35,959 bases of DNA from Bacilli bacterium (lineage in GTDB: Bacteria; Bacillota_I; Bacilli_A; RFN20; CAG-826). Below the pieces are notes generated by a model that did not search any database, was not told where the DNA came from, and saw nothing but the letters and a program-made list of their open reading frames with translations. Both the position numbers and the translations under genes were made by a program. Within the stretch, counting starts at the first letter, position 1. Each line of letters starts with the position of its first letter. Below, in pieces: positions 24,449 to 32,531 of the stretch. The stretch is from assembly GCA_041676005.1 (NCBI GenBank), contig JBAYST010000002.1, forward strand, positions 1 to 35,959, written 5' to 3'.

Positions 24449-25225
24449 ATGGCTAAAATAATTGCAATTGCTAATCAAAAAGGTGGAGTAGGGAAGACTA
24501 CGACCGCGATTAATCTTTCTGCTGCTTTAGCACATTTTAATCGAAAGGTGCTTTTAATTGATTCCGACCCACAAGGCAATTCCTCTCGCGGTCTTGGAAT
24601 TGATATAACATTGATCAACAAATCTCTTTTTGATGTTTTAATGGGTACTGAATCAATTGAAAGAGTTGTTAAAAAAACCATTGTTAAAAATCTTGACATT
24701 ATTTCCCCAAAACTCATTCTTTCTTCTCTTGAAAGCTCAGTTTCTGGCAAAGTTGAACAACCATTTTTCTTGCTTCGAAAATCTCTTAACGAAATCGAAA
24801 AAAGATATGATTATATCATCGTTGATTGCCCACCTTCATTAGGATTATTAACTGTAAATGCTTTAGTCGCAGCTAATACGATTTTGATTCCTGTTCAATG
24901 CGAATATTTTGCAATGGAAGCAGTTGCGCAAATTCTAGCATCGGTTTCAAGTGTTCAAAATACATATAACTCTCAACTTGGAATAGAAGGGTTCTTATTG
25001 ACGATGTTCGATTCAAAAAATCGTTTGGGTATTGAAATAACCGAACAAATTCGGTCTCTTTTTAAAGAAAACACTTTTTTAACTCAAATTCCTCGTAATG
25101 TTTCAATTCCAGAAAGCAACGCAAAAGGACTTCCTGTTACTTTATATCGCCCATCAAGTAGTGGATCATTAGCATATTTTTCACTTGCAAAAGAGGTCAT
25201 GAATCATGAAAAACGACAAGGATAA
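24449..25225 (+). CDS. parA: chromosome partitioning ATPase ParA/Soj
   Basis: Deviant Walker [12 protein letters not shown]. Also DSDPQGN and [10 protein letters not shown] motifs. 258 aa. Confidence 0.94.
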   Translation: MAKIIAIANQKGGVGKTTTAINLSAALAHFNRKVLLIDSDPQGNSSRGLGIDITLINKSLFDVLMGTESIERVVKKTIVKNLDIISPKLILSSLESSVSGKVEQPFFLLRKSLNEIEKRYDYIIVDCPPSLGLLTVNALVAANTILIPVQCEYFAMEAVAQILASVSSVQNTYNSQLGIEGFLLTMFDSKNRLGIEITEQIRSLFKENTFLTQIPRNVSIPESNAKGLPVTLYRPSSSGSLAYFSLAKEVMNHEKRQG

Positions 25226-26036
25226 AAAACCGATTGTTCGTGTACCTTTATCAAAATTGCTCAAACGTTTTTCAAATGAAAACGTCATTCAGAGCATGGA
25301 GAAAAAATATCAAACATCGTCTCCAAAAAATATCGCGACCAACCTAATTGACGATAATGCTTTCATCCGAAAGGCCAAAATCAACGAAGCGAAATTGCTT
25401 AAAGATTTTTCGGACCTTCCACAAAAGGGAATCAAATCCCCTCTTATTATTAGAACTAAAAAATCTCATTACGAAATTGTTTTAGGACGCCGACGGTTAC
25501 TTGCTGCCAAAAAATTTAATTTGCCTTCTGTCCCGTGTGTTTTAATCGATGTCGGTGACGAAGAAGCATTGCTTTTAATGGTTGCAGATATGCGAGATTC
25601 AATTACTAGAAACATGGTTGAATTTTCCATGGTTTGTAATTTGCTTAAAGAAAAATTCGGGTATTCGCAAAATGATTTGGCGGTTTTAACACATCAAAGT
25701 CGAGCGCAAATCACCAATATCATGAGGTTATTAAATTTGCCTGATAGTGTTTTAATTGATGTTTCGATTGGAAAATTATCTTTTGGACACGCAAAGGCAA
25801 TTATCACCTTACCAGATCAGTTGATTTTAGATTTAGTCTCTCGCATATATAAAGAAAAGCTCTCAGTTCACAATACAGAAAAGATAATTTTTGAATACAA
25901 ACACGGGGTCGATTATTCAATTGAAGAAAAACGAATCTCTGATGCATATCGGTGTAAGACAAATATTTTGAGGAAAAGAATTATTTTGTCTTTTGAAAGC
26001 GAAGAAGATCAAAAAAAGTTTATCAAAAAAATATGA
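25206..26036 (+). CDS. parB: ParB/Spo0J-like partition protein (divergent N-terminal domain)
   Basis: 20-nt overlap with parA, GAGG SD. The HTH region [26 protein letters not shown] aligns with Spo0J TQEQLAKRLGKSRPHIANHLRLLTLP. The ParB box is GRRRLLAAK rather than GERRFRAAK. Confidence 0.82.
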   Translation: MKNDKDKKPIVRVPLSKLLKRFSNENVIQSMEKKYQTSSPKNIATNLIDDNAFIRKAKINEAKLLKDFSDLPQKGIKSPLIIRTKKSHYEIVLGRRRLLAAKKFNLPSVPCVLIDVGDEEALLLMVADMRDSITRNMVEFSMVCNLLKEKFGYSQNDLAVLTHQSRAQITNIMRLLNLPDSVLIDVSIGKLSFGHAKAIITLPDQLILDLVSRIYKEKLSVHNTEKIIFEYKHGVDYSIEEKRISDAYRCKTNILRKRIILSFESEEDQKKFIKKI

Positions 26037-26050
26037 TTTAAATTTCGCTA

Positions 26051-26059
26051 TGTTATAAT
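26051..26059 (+). promoter_or_regulatory. extended -10 promoter element (TGTTATAAT) for the FMN riboswitch-ribU transcript
   Basis: TGnTATAAT at 26051-26059, immediately upstream of the riboswitch P1 region. Confidence 0.55.
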
Positions 26060-26061
26060 GA

Positions 26062-26204
26062 TTTCGCTTCAGGGCAGGGTGAAATTCCCGACCGGCGGTA
26101 AACTCCGCGAGCCGTAAGGCAGGAATCCGTGAAATTCGGATAGCGATAGTAAAGTCTAGATGGAAGAAGTTTATTTATTTCCCCTGTAGCAGAGGGATTT
26201 TTTT
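26062..26204 (+). promoter_or_regulatory. FMN riboswitch (RFN element) with terminator expression platform
   Basis: CTTCAGGGCAGGGTGAAATTCCCGACCGGCGGTA ... AGCGATAGTAAAGTCTAGATGGAAGAAG matches the invariant RFN cores (GGGCAGGGUGAAAUUCCCGACCGGCGGUA and ACAGU.AAAGUCUGGAUGG.AGAAG). A hairpin TCCCCT-gtagc-AGAGGGA plus T7 (26180-26204) follows. The downstream gene is a riboflavin transporter. Confidence 0.93.
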
Positions 26205-26897
26205 ATGGAAAGTTATGATTTGGTGCGTCTTATTATTGTAATTTTATTGATTGGTGGAGCGGTTTTATATTCGGTTTCAAAATTTATAAAATTCAAAAAT
26301 CCAATTACGAGCAAATTCATTACTCGAACTGCGATTTTTTCTGCATTTGCAACGATATTGTATATCGTTCCATATTTCAAGTTTTCTGTTCCGTTTTTTC
26401 CCGCTTTTTTAGAATTTCATTTCGATGAAATCGCAGTTTTAATCGCCGGATTTGCATACGGTCCTCTTTCTGCATTTTTTGTTGCTTTAGTTAAAACCAT
26501 TATCAAATTACCGATGACAACATCATTAGGAGTAGGTGAGTTAGTGGATTTCATCTATTCTTTAATTTTGGCTATACCAGCGGCGCTTTGGTATAAAAAA
26601 CGGCGTTCACTAAAAGGAGCAATTGTCGGATTATCAATTGGTTTTATTATTCAAGTCATTGCTTCTTCGTTGATCACGAGTTTTTTAATTCTCGACTTTT
26701 ATATTTTCGTGATGGGATTTTCGAAAGAATTACTTTTAGCAATGAGCCAAGCTGCTAATCCTAATCTCACATCTTTAGGCTGGCCATTTTTCTTTTATAT
26801 CGCACTTCCTTTTAACGCTCTAAAAGATGTCGTTGTTATTTTACTCACTTTAGTGCTTTATAAAAAAATTCATCAAGTGATCGAAAAAATTACATAA
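26205..26897 (+). CDS. ribU: riboflavin ECF transporter S component RibU
   Basis: 230-aa protein with 5-6 TM helices, directly controlled by an FMN riboswitch. An ECF energising module (ecfA1A2T) is present in the same window. The family call rests mainly on context and topology. Confidence 0.8.
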   Translation: MESYDLVRLIIVILLIGGAVLYSVSKFIKFKNPITSKFITRTAIFSAFATILYIVPYFKFSVPFFPAFLEFHFDEIAVLIAGFAYGPLSAFFVALVKTIIKLPMTTSLGVGELVDFIYSLILAIPAALWYKKRRSLKGAIVGLSIGFIIQVIASSLITSFLILDFYIFVMGFSKELLLAMSQAANPNLTSLGWPFFFYIALPFNALKDVVVILLTLVLYKKIHQVIEKIT

Positions 26898-26900
26898 AAT

Positions 26901-26928
26901 AAAAAAACTAGGCGTGCCTAGTTTTTTT
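26901..26928. terminator. bidirectional intrinsic terminator between ribU and the ferredoxin gene
   Basis: A7-CTAGGC-gt-GCCTAG-T7. Confidence 0.85.
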
Positions 26929-26943
26929 GTAAAACGATTAAAA

Positions 26944-27123
26944 TTAATCGATAGTTGAAATAGCCCCTACTGGACAAATATCAACGACCTCTTCGTCACA
27001 TTCACCGGTGATTACTTCTGCGATTCCATCATCATTCATTCTGATGTCGTCAGGGTAATTAGCGGCACAACTACCGCAGCCGATACAAAGGTCTGGGTCT
27101 ATATGAATTTTTTTTCTAGCCAT
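26944..27123 (-). CDS. small single-cluster ferredoxin
   Basis: Start reassigned to ATG 27123 (MARKKIHIDPDLCIGCGSC...), with AGGAGG 7 nt upstream; the listed 27129 is a TTG. CxxCxxC...CP cluster-binding motif (CIGCGSC ... CPVGAI). Confidence 0.88.
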   Translation of the reverse strand: MARKKIHIDPDLCIGCGSCAANYPDDIRMNDDGIAEVITGECDEEVVDICPVGAISTID

Positions 27124-27267
27124 TTTCAATCCTCCTATTGGATGATATAAGTATATTTTTTTTCGAACATTTATGCAACTTTGTTTTGTTGTTTAGCCAG
27201 TTTTTTAAATAAATTTATAGTGTAAAAACATTCTAATTATATTAGAATAGAAAAGGAAATTTGAGAC

Positions 27268-27594
27268 ATGGAACAAAATAGGGTAAAAAAGTATAAAGAA
27301 TATCGCGATTCGCTTGGAAAAAAAGAAGACCCTATTTTAAAACCCAAAGAAAAAGAGAAACCTTCATCAGAAGAGTTGATCGATTCTCGTATTTCATCTG
27401 CTCCAAAAACAACGACCTCGATTCCATATGAGCAAATTATGAAGGAAGCAAATTATTCTCAAAACGAAGAAAATTTAATTAGAGAATTAAAGAAAAAAAG
27501 GATTTTCAATATAATTTTATTTTGTATTGGAATTACACTTTTGACGGCAATCATTGTCGTTTCTGGGATTTTAATTTTTAGACAAGGAAGGTAA
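27268..27594 (+). CDS. hypothetical small protein with a single C-terminal TM helix
   Basis: 108 aa. The N-terminal ~85 aa are lysine/glutamate-rich and low in complexity. C-terminal hydrophobic helix IFNIILFCIGITLLTAIIVVSGILIF. AAGGA SD. Its stop lies 3 nt before cmk. No recognisable family. Confidence 0.6.
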   Translation: MEQNRVKKYKEYRDSLGKKEDPILKPKEKEKPSSEELIDSRISSAPKTTTSIPYEQIMKEANYSQNEENLIRELKKKRIFNIILFCIGITLLTAIIVVSGILIFRQGR

Positions 27595-27597
27595 TTT

Positions 27598-28263
27598 ATG
27601 AAAGTTTCTATCGCCATAGATGGGCCAGCAGCAGCTGGTAAATCGACCGTAGCTAAAAAAGTTGCGGAAGTTTTAGGAATTACTTATATCGATACTGGCG
27701 CAATGTATCGAGCTTTTACTTGGTACGCGATGGAAAAAGGAGTGGATTGCCAAAACGAAATCGAATGTGTCAAATTGATTCCCGAGGTCGAAATTGAATT
27801 AAAACCCAATCATATTATTTTTTGCAATGGAAAAGATGTTTCTGAATTAATCAGAATGCCTCGTGTTTCTGCAAATGTTTCTTATATTGCCTCTTATAAA
27901 CAAATTCGTCTTTTTCTTGTCGATCAACAAAGGAAATTGGCAGAACACGAATCAGTTGTCATGGACGGCAGAGATATCGGAACTTATGTTCTTCCAAATG
28001 CAGATGTGAAAATTTACCAAATTGCCACGGTCGAAACTCGCGCAGTGCGGCGCTATGAAGAAAATATTGGCAAAGGGATTGAGTGCAAACTAGAAGACAT
28101 CGAAGAAGATGTCAGAAAAAGAGATTATATAGATTCACACCGAGATTTCGCTCCGTTAAAACCCGCTCCGGATTCTGTATTGTTAGATACTTCGTATTTA
28201 TCAATCAATGAATCTGTCGAAGCTGTTTTAGATATCATCAAGAAAAAAATGGGAGAAAAATAA
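27598..28263 (+). CDS. cmk: cytidylate kinase
   Basis: P-loop IAIDGPAAAGKSTVAK, then YIDTGAMYRA and DGRDIGT motifs. Confidence 0.94.
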   Translation: MKVSIAIDGPAAAGKSTVAKKVAEVLGITYIDTGAMYRAFTWYAMEKGVDCQNEIECVKLIPEVEIELKPNHIIFCNGKDVSELIRMPRVSANVSYIASYKQIRLFLVDQQRKLAEHESVVMDGRDIGTYVLPNADVKIYQIATVETRAVRRYEENIGKGIECKLEDIEEDVRKRDYIDSHRDFAPLKPAPDSVLLDTSYLSINESVEAVLDIIKKKMGEK

Positions 28264-29570
28264 TGGCGAACCCGATTGTCGCTATTATCGGGTCACCTAA
28301 TGTCGGTAAATCGACGATTTTTAATCGTATTTTAGGATTTAGACACTCAATTATCGATGATGAAGCCGGGATCACACGTGACCGAATTTACGGAAAGGCT
28401 GTCTGGATCGATAAAACTTTTACAATCATTGACACAGGCGGAGTTGAAGTTGAAAATCGTCCGTTTCAAGAACAAATAAGAATGCAAGTTCAAATGGCGA
28501 TTGATGAGGCTGACATCATTGTTTTTATTGTCGATGGAAAATTAGGAGTGACAAACGATGATCGAATGGTCGCTAAAATGCTTTATAAAATTGATAAACC
28601 AATTATTTTGGCGGTCAATAAAATTGATGATTCACTAGAACTAGGACGTATGAGTGAATTTTATAAACTCGGTTTAGGCGAACCTCTTGCGGTCAGTGGT
28701 GCTCACGGAATTGGAATCGGCGACATGTTAGATAAAATAATCAGCCAAATTCCTGCTCAAGAAGAAGAACATTTCGAAGAATCGATTACTTTTTCTTTAA
28801 TTGGACGCCCAAACGTTGGTAAATCATCTTTGATGAACGCTCTATTAAACAATGAACGCGTTATTGTCAGTGAAATTTCAGGAACAACACGTGATGCTGT
28901 TGATACACCATTTGAAAAAAACGGAAAAAAATATGTTGCAATTGATACGGCAGGGTTAAGAAAACGCGGTAAAATTTACGAAGCGATTGATAAATATGCC
29001 GCATTAAGAGCATTGAGTGCAATTGAAAGAAGCGAAATCGTTTTGCTCCTTATCAACGCCGAAGAAGGAATTCGCGAACAAGATAAAAATATTGTTTCTT
29101 ACGCAGTCGATGCAAACAAAGCGATTATTATTGTCGTTAATAAATGGGATACGATAAAAAAAGATCAATCGACCATGGACAACTATACAAAATTGATTAG
29201 AGCACATTTTCAATTTTTGGATTTTGCCCCGGTTGTTTATGTTTCTGCAAAGAATAAAACACGCATTGAAAAAATATTTAAAGCCATCGAGTTTGTCCAT
29301 GAAGCGTATAACAAACGCATTCCTACCAATGTGCTAAATGAGATTTTTCAAGATGCCCAAATGATGAACGAAGCACCTAACTTCAATGGCGGAAGACTCA
29401 AAATCTATTTTGCAAATCAAGTCGATGTTGCCCCTCCAACATTTGTTTTATTTGTTAATAATCCGAAGTTTATTCATTTCTCATATCGTAGATATCTGGA
29501 AAATAGGCTAAGAGATTCTTTCAATTTTGAAGGCACACCAATCAGGTTTGTCTTAAGACCGAAAACATAA
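28263..29570 (+). CDS. der: ribosome-associated GTPase Der (EngA)
   Basis: Two tandem GTPase domains (GSPNVGKST/DTGG/NKID and GRPNVGKSS/DTAG/NKWD) plus a KH-like C-terminal domain. 435 aa. Confidence 0.96.
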   Translation: MANPIVAIIGSPNVGKSTIFNRILGFRHSIIDDEAGITRDRIYGKAVWIDKTFTIIDTGGVEVENRPFQEQIRMQVQMAIDEADIIVFIVDGKLGVTNDDRMVAKMLYKIDKPIILAVNKIDDSLELGRMSEFYKLGLGEPLAVSGAHGIGIGDMLDKIISQIPAQEEEHFEESITFSLIGRPNVGKSSLMNALLNNERVIVSEISGTTRDAVDTPFEKNGKKYVAIDTAGLRKRGKIYEAIDKYAALRALSAIERSEIVLLLINAEEGIREQDKNIVSYAVDANKAIIIVVNKWDTIKKDQSTMDNYTKLIRAHFQFLDFAPVVYVSAKNKTRIEKIFKAIEFVHEAYNKRIPTNVLNEIFQDAQMMNEAPNFNGGRLKIYFANQVDVAPPTFVLFVNNPKFIHFSYRRYLENRLRDSFNFEGTPIRFVLRPKT

Positions 29571-29575
29571 AAATT

Positions 29576-29604
29576 TTGACATTTTGGGACGATGAGGACA
29601 AAAT
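29576..29604 (+). promoter_or_regulatory. sigma-A type promoter for hup
   Basis: TTGACA (29576-29581), 17-nt spacer, CAAAAT (29599-29604). AAGGAGG and ATG 29623 follow. Confidence 0.55.
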
Positions 29605-29622
29605 AAATTAAGGAGGCTCACT

Positions 29623-29898
29623 ATGAACAAACTAGAACTAACAGAAAAATTAGTCGCTAAGACTGGTTTAACAAAAAAAGAAGCTGAGGATATCGTTGAG
29701 GTAACCTTGAAGTTAATCGCTGAGGCATTATTAAAAGGCGAAAATGTCAAATTGACAGATTTTGGGACTTTCGAATGCAAAGATCGAAAGGAACGCCAAG
29801 GAACCAATCCTAAAACTGGAGAATTAATTAAAATTCCAGCAAAAAAAGCAGTCTCATTTAAACTCGCTAAAAAACTTAAAGAAAAACTCAACGCATAA
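29623..29898 (+). CDS. hup: DNA-binding protein HU
   Basis: MNKLELTEKLVAKTGLTKKEAEDIV...FGTFE...NPKTGE..IPA aligns along its full length with HBsu-type HU. 91 aa. Confidence 0.94.
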   Translation: MNKLELTEKLVAKTGLTKKEAEDIVEVTLKLIAEALLKGENVKLTDFGTFECKDRKERQGTNPKTGELIKIPAKKAVSFKLAKKLKEKLNA

Positions 29899-29903
29899 TT
29901 TGT

Positions 29904-29936
29904 AAAAAAGAGATTCGTTCGTGAATCTCTTTTTTA
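29904..29936 (+). terminator. intrinsic terminator after hup
   Basis: AAAAAAGAGATTC-gttcgt-GAATCTCTTTTTT, an 8-bp stem plus a T run. Confidence 0.9.
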
Positions 29937-29964
29937 TTTTGCCTGAATTGTCTAAAATAAGAAC

Positions 29965-30648
29965 ATGAACCACAAATTAGATAAATTCATTTATCTGGCA
30001 GATGTGTTTTTTAAACACGGATATAATTTGTATTTGGTTGGAGGATCGGCACGCGATTATCTTTTAAACCGTCCTTTTTCGGACTTTGATGTCGCCACAG
30101 ACGCAAGACCAGATGAAATTGAAGTTTTTCTTCCTGAAATTAAAAAAACTTTTGCAAAATTTGGGACAGTTACCTACGAATTTGAAAAAGAGCATTTCGA
30201 TATCGCTACCTTTCGAAAAGAAAGCTGTTATTTAGATTCGCGGCATCCTTCGCAAATTGAGTTTGTCAAAGATCTAAAAACAGATTATAAAAGACGTGAT
30301 TTCACAATCAATGCAATATATATTGATCGAAATTTAGACATATACGATTTTGGAACTTCGCTTAGTGATTTAAATAATATCTTGATTAGGACAATTGGGA
30401 ATCCAGAAAAAAGATTACGAGAAGACCCATTGAGAATTTTAAGAGCGATTCGCTTTTCACTCGTGCTAGATTTTGAAATTGAAGAAAGTCTTGTCTTTGC
30501 AATTAACAAATACGGTTCCAAACTTTCAGAAATTAAAAATGAAAAAATCAAAGAGGAAATCAAGAAAATGAAAGATGCCGGTGTTTCAATTTATGATATC
30601 AGGAGTGAATTTAAAAAATTCAATGTGCTTCCCGGCCTAAAAATATGA
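29965..30648 (+). CDS. class II nucleotidyltransferase (CCA-adding / poly(A) polymerase family), head-and-neck domains only (227 aa)
   Basis: Motif A LVGGSARDYLL...DFDVAT, motif B FRKESCYLDSRHPSQIEF, motif C KRRDFTINAIY, motif D LREDPLRILRAIRF. The ORF ends ~170 aa earlier than typical ~400-aa bacterial CCA enzymes. Confidence 0.8.
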   Translation: MNHKLDKFIYLADVFFKHGYNLYLVGGSARDYLLNRPFSDFDVATDARPDEIEVFLPEIKKTFAKFGTVTYEFEKEHFDIATFRKESCYLDSRHPSQIEFVKDLKTDYKRRDFTINAIYIDRNLDIYDFGTSLSDLNNILIRTIGNPEKRLREDPLRILRAIRFSLVLDFEIEESLVFAINKYGSKLSEIKNEKIKEEIKKMKDAGVSIYDIRSEFKKFNVLPGLKI

Positions 30649-30663
30649 TAGGATGTTGACACT

Positions 30664-31323
30664 ATGGTAGGCGAAGCAATTGATTTTAGATTCTTGTTAA
30701 TCGAGAACTATAAAAAATTAAAATTAAATGAAAATGAATTGGCGACTATTTTCATTATTGACCATTTGATTGGACAAGGCAATTCGCTCATTACCGCTGA
30801 TTCTCTTGCTTTAAAAATGACGATGCATGTCAAAGAAATAGATCAAATTCTCGCTGCTCTTTTAAAAAAAGGAGTCATCGATTATGTCAGTGGAGATAAA
30901 AAAACCATCACGACTTTAGAACCATTGAAAAAACGACTTTATCGTGAATTTCAAATTTCTTTAGCAGACGAACAAAAAGCAAACAATTCTCGAGAAATCG
31001 AAGAGGCGTTAACAAATATATATCGTGAATTTCAAAAAAATCTAGGACGTGTTTTGTCACCTTTAGAAATTTCTCGGATTCGCGAATGGGTCTCTTTTGG
31101 TTATAGTGATGAAATGATTATCAACGCTTTAAAAGAAGCGCTCGCCAAAGGAAAAAAATCTCTTCGCTCAGTCGATAAAATATTATTGAGTTGGGTAGCT
31201 AGAGATGATATCGAAGAAGAAGGACATTCACCTTTAAGTGAAAGTTGGAGTAAAAATATCGAAGAGACGATCCGAATCGCCAAAACTCCATGGCTAGTTA
31301 ACGATGACAAAAAAGATAAATAA
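30664..31323 (+). CDS. dnaD: replication initiation/restart protein DnaD
   Basis: N-terminal winged-helix part and a C-terminal DnaD/DnaB_2 domain (LSPLEISRIREWVSFGYSDEMIINALKEA...SLRSVDKILLSW). It lies directly upstream of nth, as in Bacillus (dnaD-nth). Confidence 0.85.
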   Translation: MVGEAIDFRFLLIENYKKLKLNENELATIFIIDHLIGQGNSLITADSLALKMTMHVKEIDQILAALLKKGVIDYVSGDKKTITTLEPLKKRLYREFQISLADEQKANNSREIEEALTNIYREFQKNLGRVLSPLEISRIREWVSFGYSDEMIINALKEALAKGKKSLRSVDKILLSWVARDDIEEEGHSPLSESWSKNIEETIRIAKTPWLVNDDKKDK

Positions 31324-31939
31324 CATATTAGATTATTTTAGTGAATTATTTCCTCATGCTGGATGCGAACTCAAATATCATAACGATTATCAATTAGCTA
31401 TCGCAGTGATGCTTTCAGCTCAGACAACAGATAAAAAAGTGAATACTGTGACCGAAAAACTTTTTTCGATTTATCCAAATTTAATTTCTTTATCAAATGC
31501 TTCGCCTAACGACGTGCAAAACGTCATTAAAACACTCGGAATGAGCAAAAATAAAGCACGTTATACTGTTGAAATCGCGAAAAGAATTAGCGAAGAATTC
31601 AATGGTATAGTTCCAAGCGATCGGGAAGTTTTGATGAGTTTGCCGGGGGTGGGAAACAAAACCGCTAATGTTATTAGAGCGGAGCTTTTTAAAATTCCTG
31701 AGTTGCCTGTTGATACTCATGTCATGCGAGTTTCAAAAAGACTTGGACTTGTTTTAAACTCTGATAATCCAATTCAAATTGAAAAGAAATTAAAAAAAAT
31801 CATTCCACTCGAGAGGCAAATTTTAACCCATCATCAGATGATTCATTTCGGTCGTTATTTTTGTAAAGCTCGCAGTCCTAAATGTGAACAATGCAAACTC
31901 AAAGAAGTTTGCTTATATCAACTTAAAAAAATTAAGTAA
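31304..31939 (+). CDS. nth: endonuclease III (DNA-(apurinic/apyrimidinic site) lyase)
   Basis: HhH-GPD motif LPGVGNKTANVI, catalytic region DTHVMRVSKRLG, and the C-terminal 4Fe-4S cysteines CKARSPKCEQCKLKEVC. Confidence 0.94.
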   Translation: MTKKINNILDYFSELFPHAGCELKYHNDYQLAIAVMLSAQTTDKKVNTVTEKLFSIYPNLISLSNASPNDVQNVIKTLGMSKNKARYTVEIAKRISEEFNGIVPSDREVLMSLPGVGNKTANVIRAELFKIPELPVDTHVMRVSKRLGLVLNSDNPIQIEKKLKKIIPLERQILTHHQMIHFGRYFCKARSPKCEQCKLKEVCLYQLKKIK

Positions 31940-32531
31940 AATATTTTTTAATAACAGCGTCAAGATAATGAAGACGAGGATTAAATCCTTGTTTTATTTC
32001 AATACCTTCTTTTAAAAAAGTTTCATAAGGAATTGATTTTCGAGAACCGTTTTCAAAAAAAGAAATTACCCATTGGGCGTCGATGAGAAACACTTTGTCA
32101 TGTGCTTCAAAACGGATCAAGAAAAAAGCAATCCCACCATTTTTAATTACATTTTTTAAATGTTGAATTTGGTGTTTAAAGATATTTGATAACGAAAAAG
32201 AAGTTTTGTTTTTCGTGCTTTTCGCTTCAAAATCCAGGTATTTTCCTTGAAATACGCCGTTATAGTCAGTGGTCGATTGCTTTTCAAAATAAGCATCAGT
32301 GATTCGTGCAGATCGTTTTGAATAGTCGACTTTAACAATGTTAATTGGTGTTGGACGTTTATAGACTAGCAAAAGTCCTTTGTCTAAATAATATTCATTA
32401 GAAAGATTGATATCATTTTCAAAATTCATTCCGCGATTAGCAGAATTAAAAATCTTGTTTTCTTTTTTAACAGCACTTTTCTTTTCAAAATTCTTTTTGG
32501 GTTTTCGCCCATCAGGATAACCGATCATCAA
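31932..32531 (-). CDS. recU: Holliday junction resolvase RecU
   Basis: 199 aa. The conserved segments NRGMNFENDINLSNEYY, VDY...DYNGVFQGKYLDFEAKST and IQHLKNV match RecU family sequences. TTG 32531 or ATG 32528 are both possible starts, each touching the stop of the upstream exonuclease gene. Its stop overlaps the nth stop convergently. Confidence 0.88.
   Translation of the reverse strand: MMIGYPDGRKPKKNFEKKSAVKKENKIFNSANRGMNFENDINLSNEYYLDKGLLLVYKRPTPINIVKVDYSKRSARITDAYFEKQSTTDYNGVFQGKYLDFEAKSTKNKTSFSLSNIFKHQIQHLKNVIKNGGIAFFLIRFEAHDKVFLIDAQWVISFFENGSRKSIPYETFLKEGIEIKQGFNPRLHYLDAVIKKYFT

Noticed and set aside
21814-26200. Possible chromosomal replication origin next to mnmG-rsmG-parA-parB.
   Set aside because: There is no dnaA, dnaN or rpmH in the window. 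The spacers flanking parAB are short (53 nt and 168 nt), and the larger one is filled by the FMN riboswitch. I could find no cluster of TTATCCACA-type DnaA boxes; only a weak partial match near 6537-6548.
29623-29898. HU variant in which the third arginine of the beta-arm RxxRxxR (GRNP) motif is Thr (KDRKERQGTNP).
   Set aside because: This is a single substitution in an otherwise canonical HU. The intercalating Pro and the other arm arginines are retained. That is not enough to argue for altered function.
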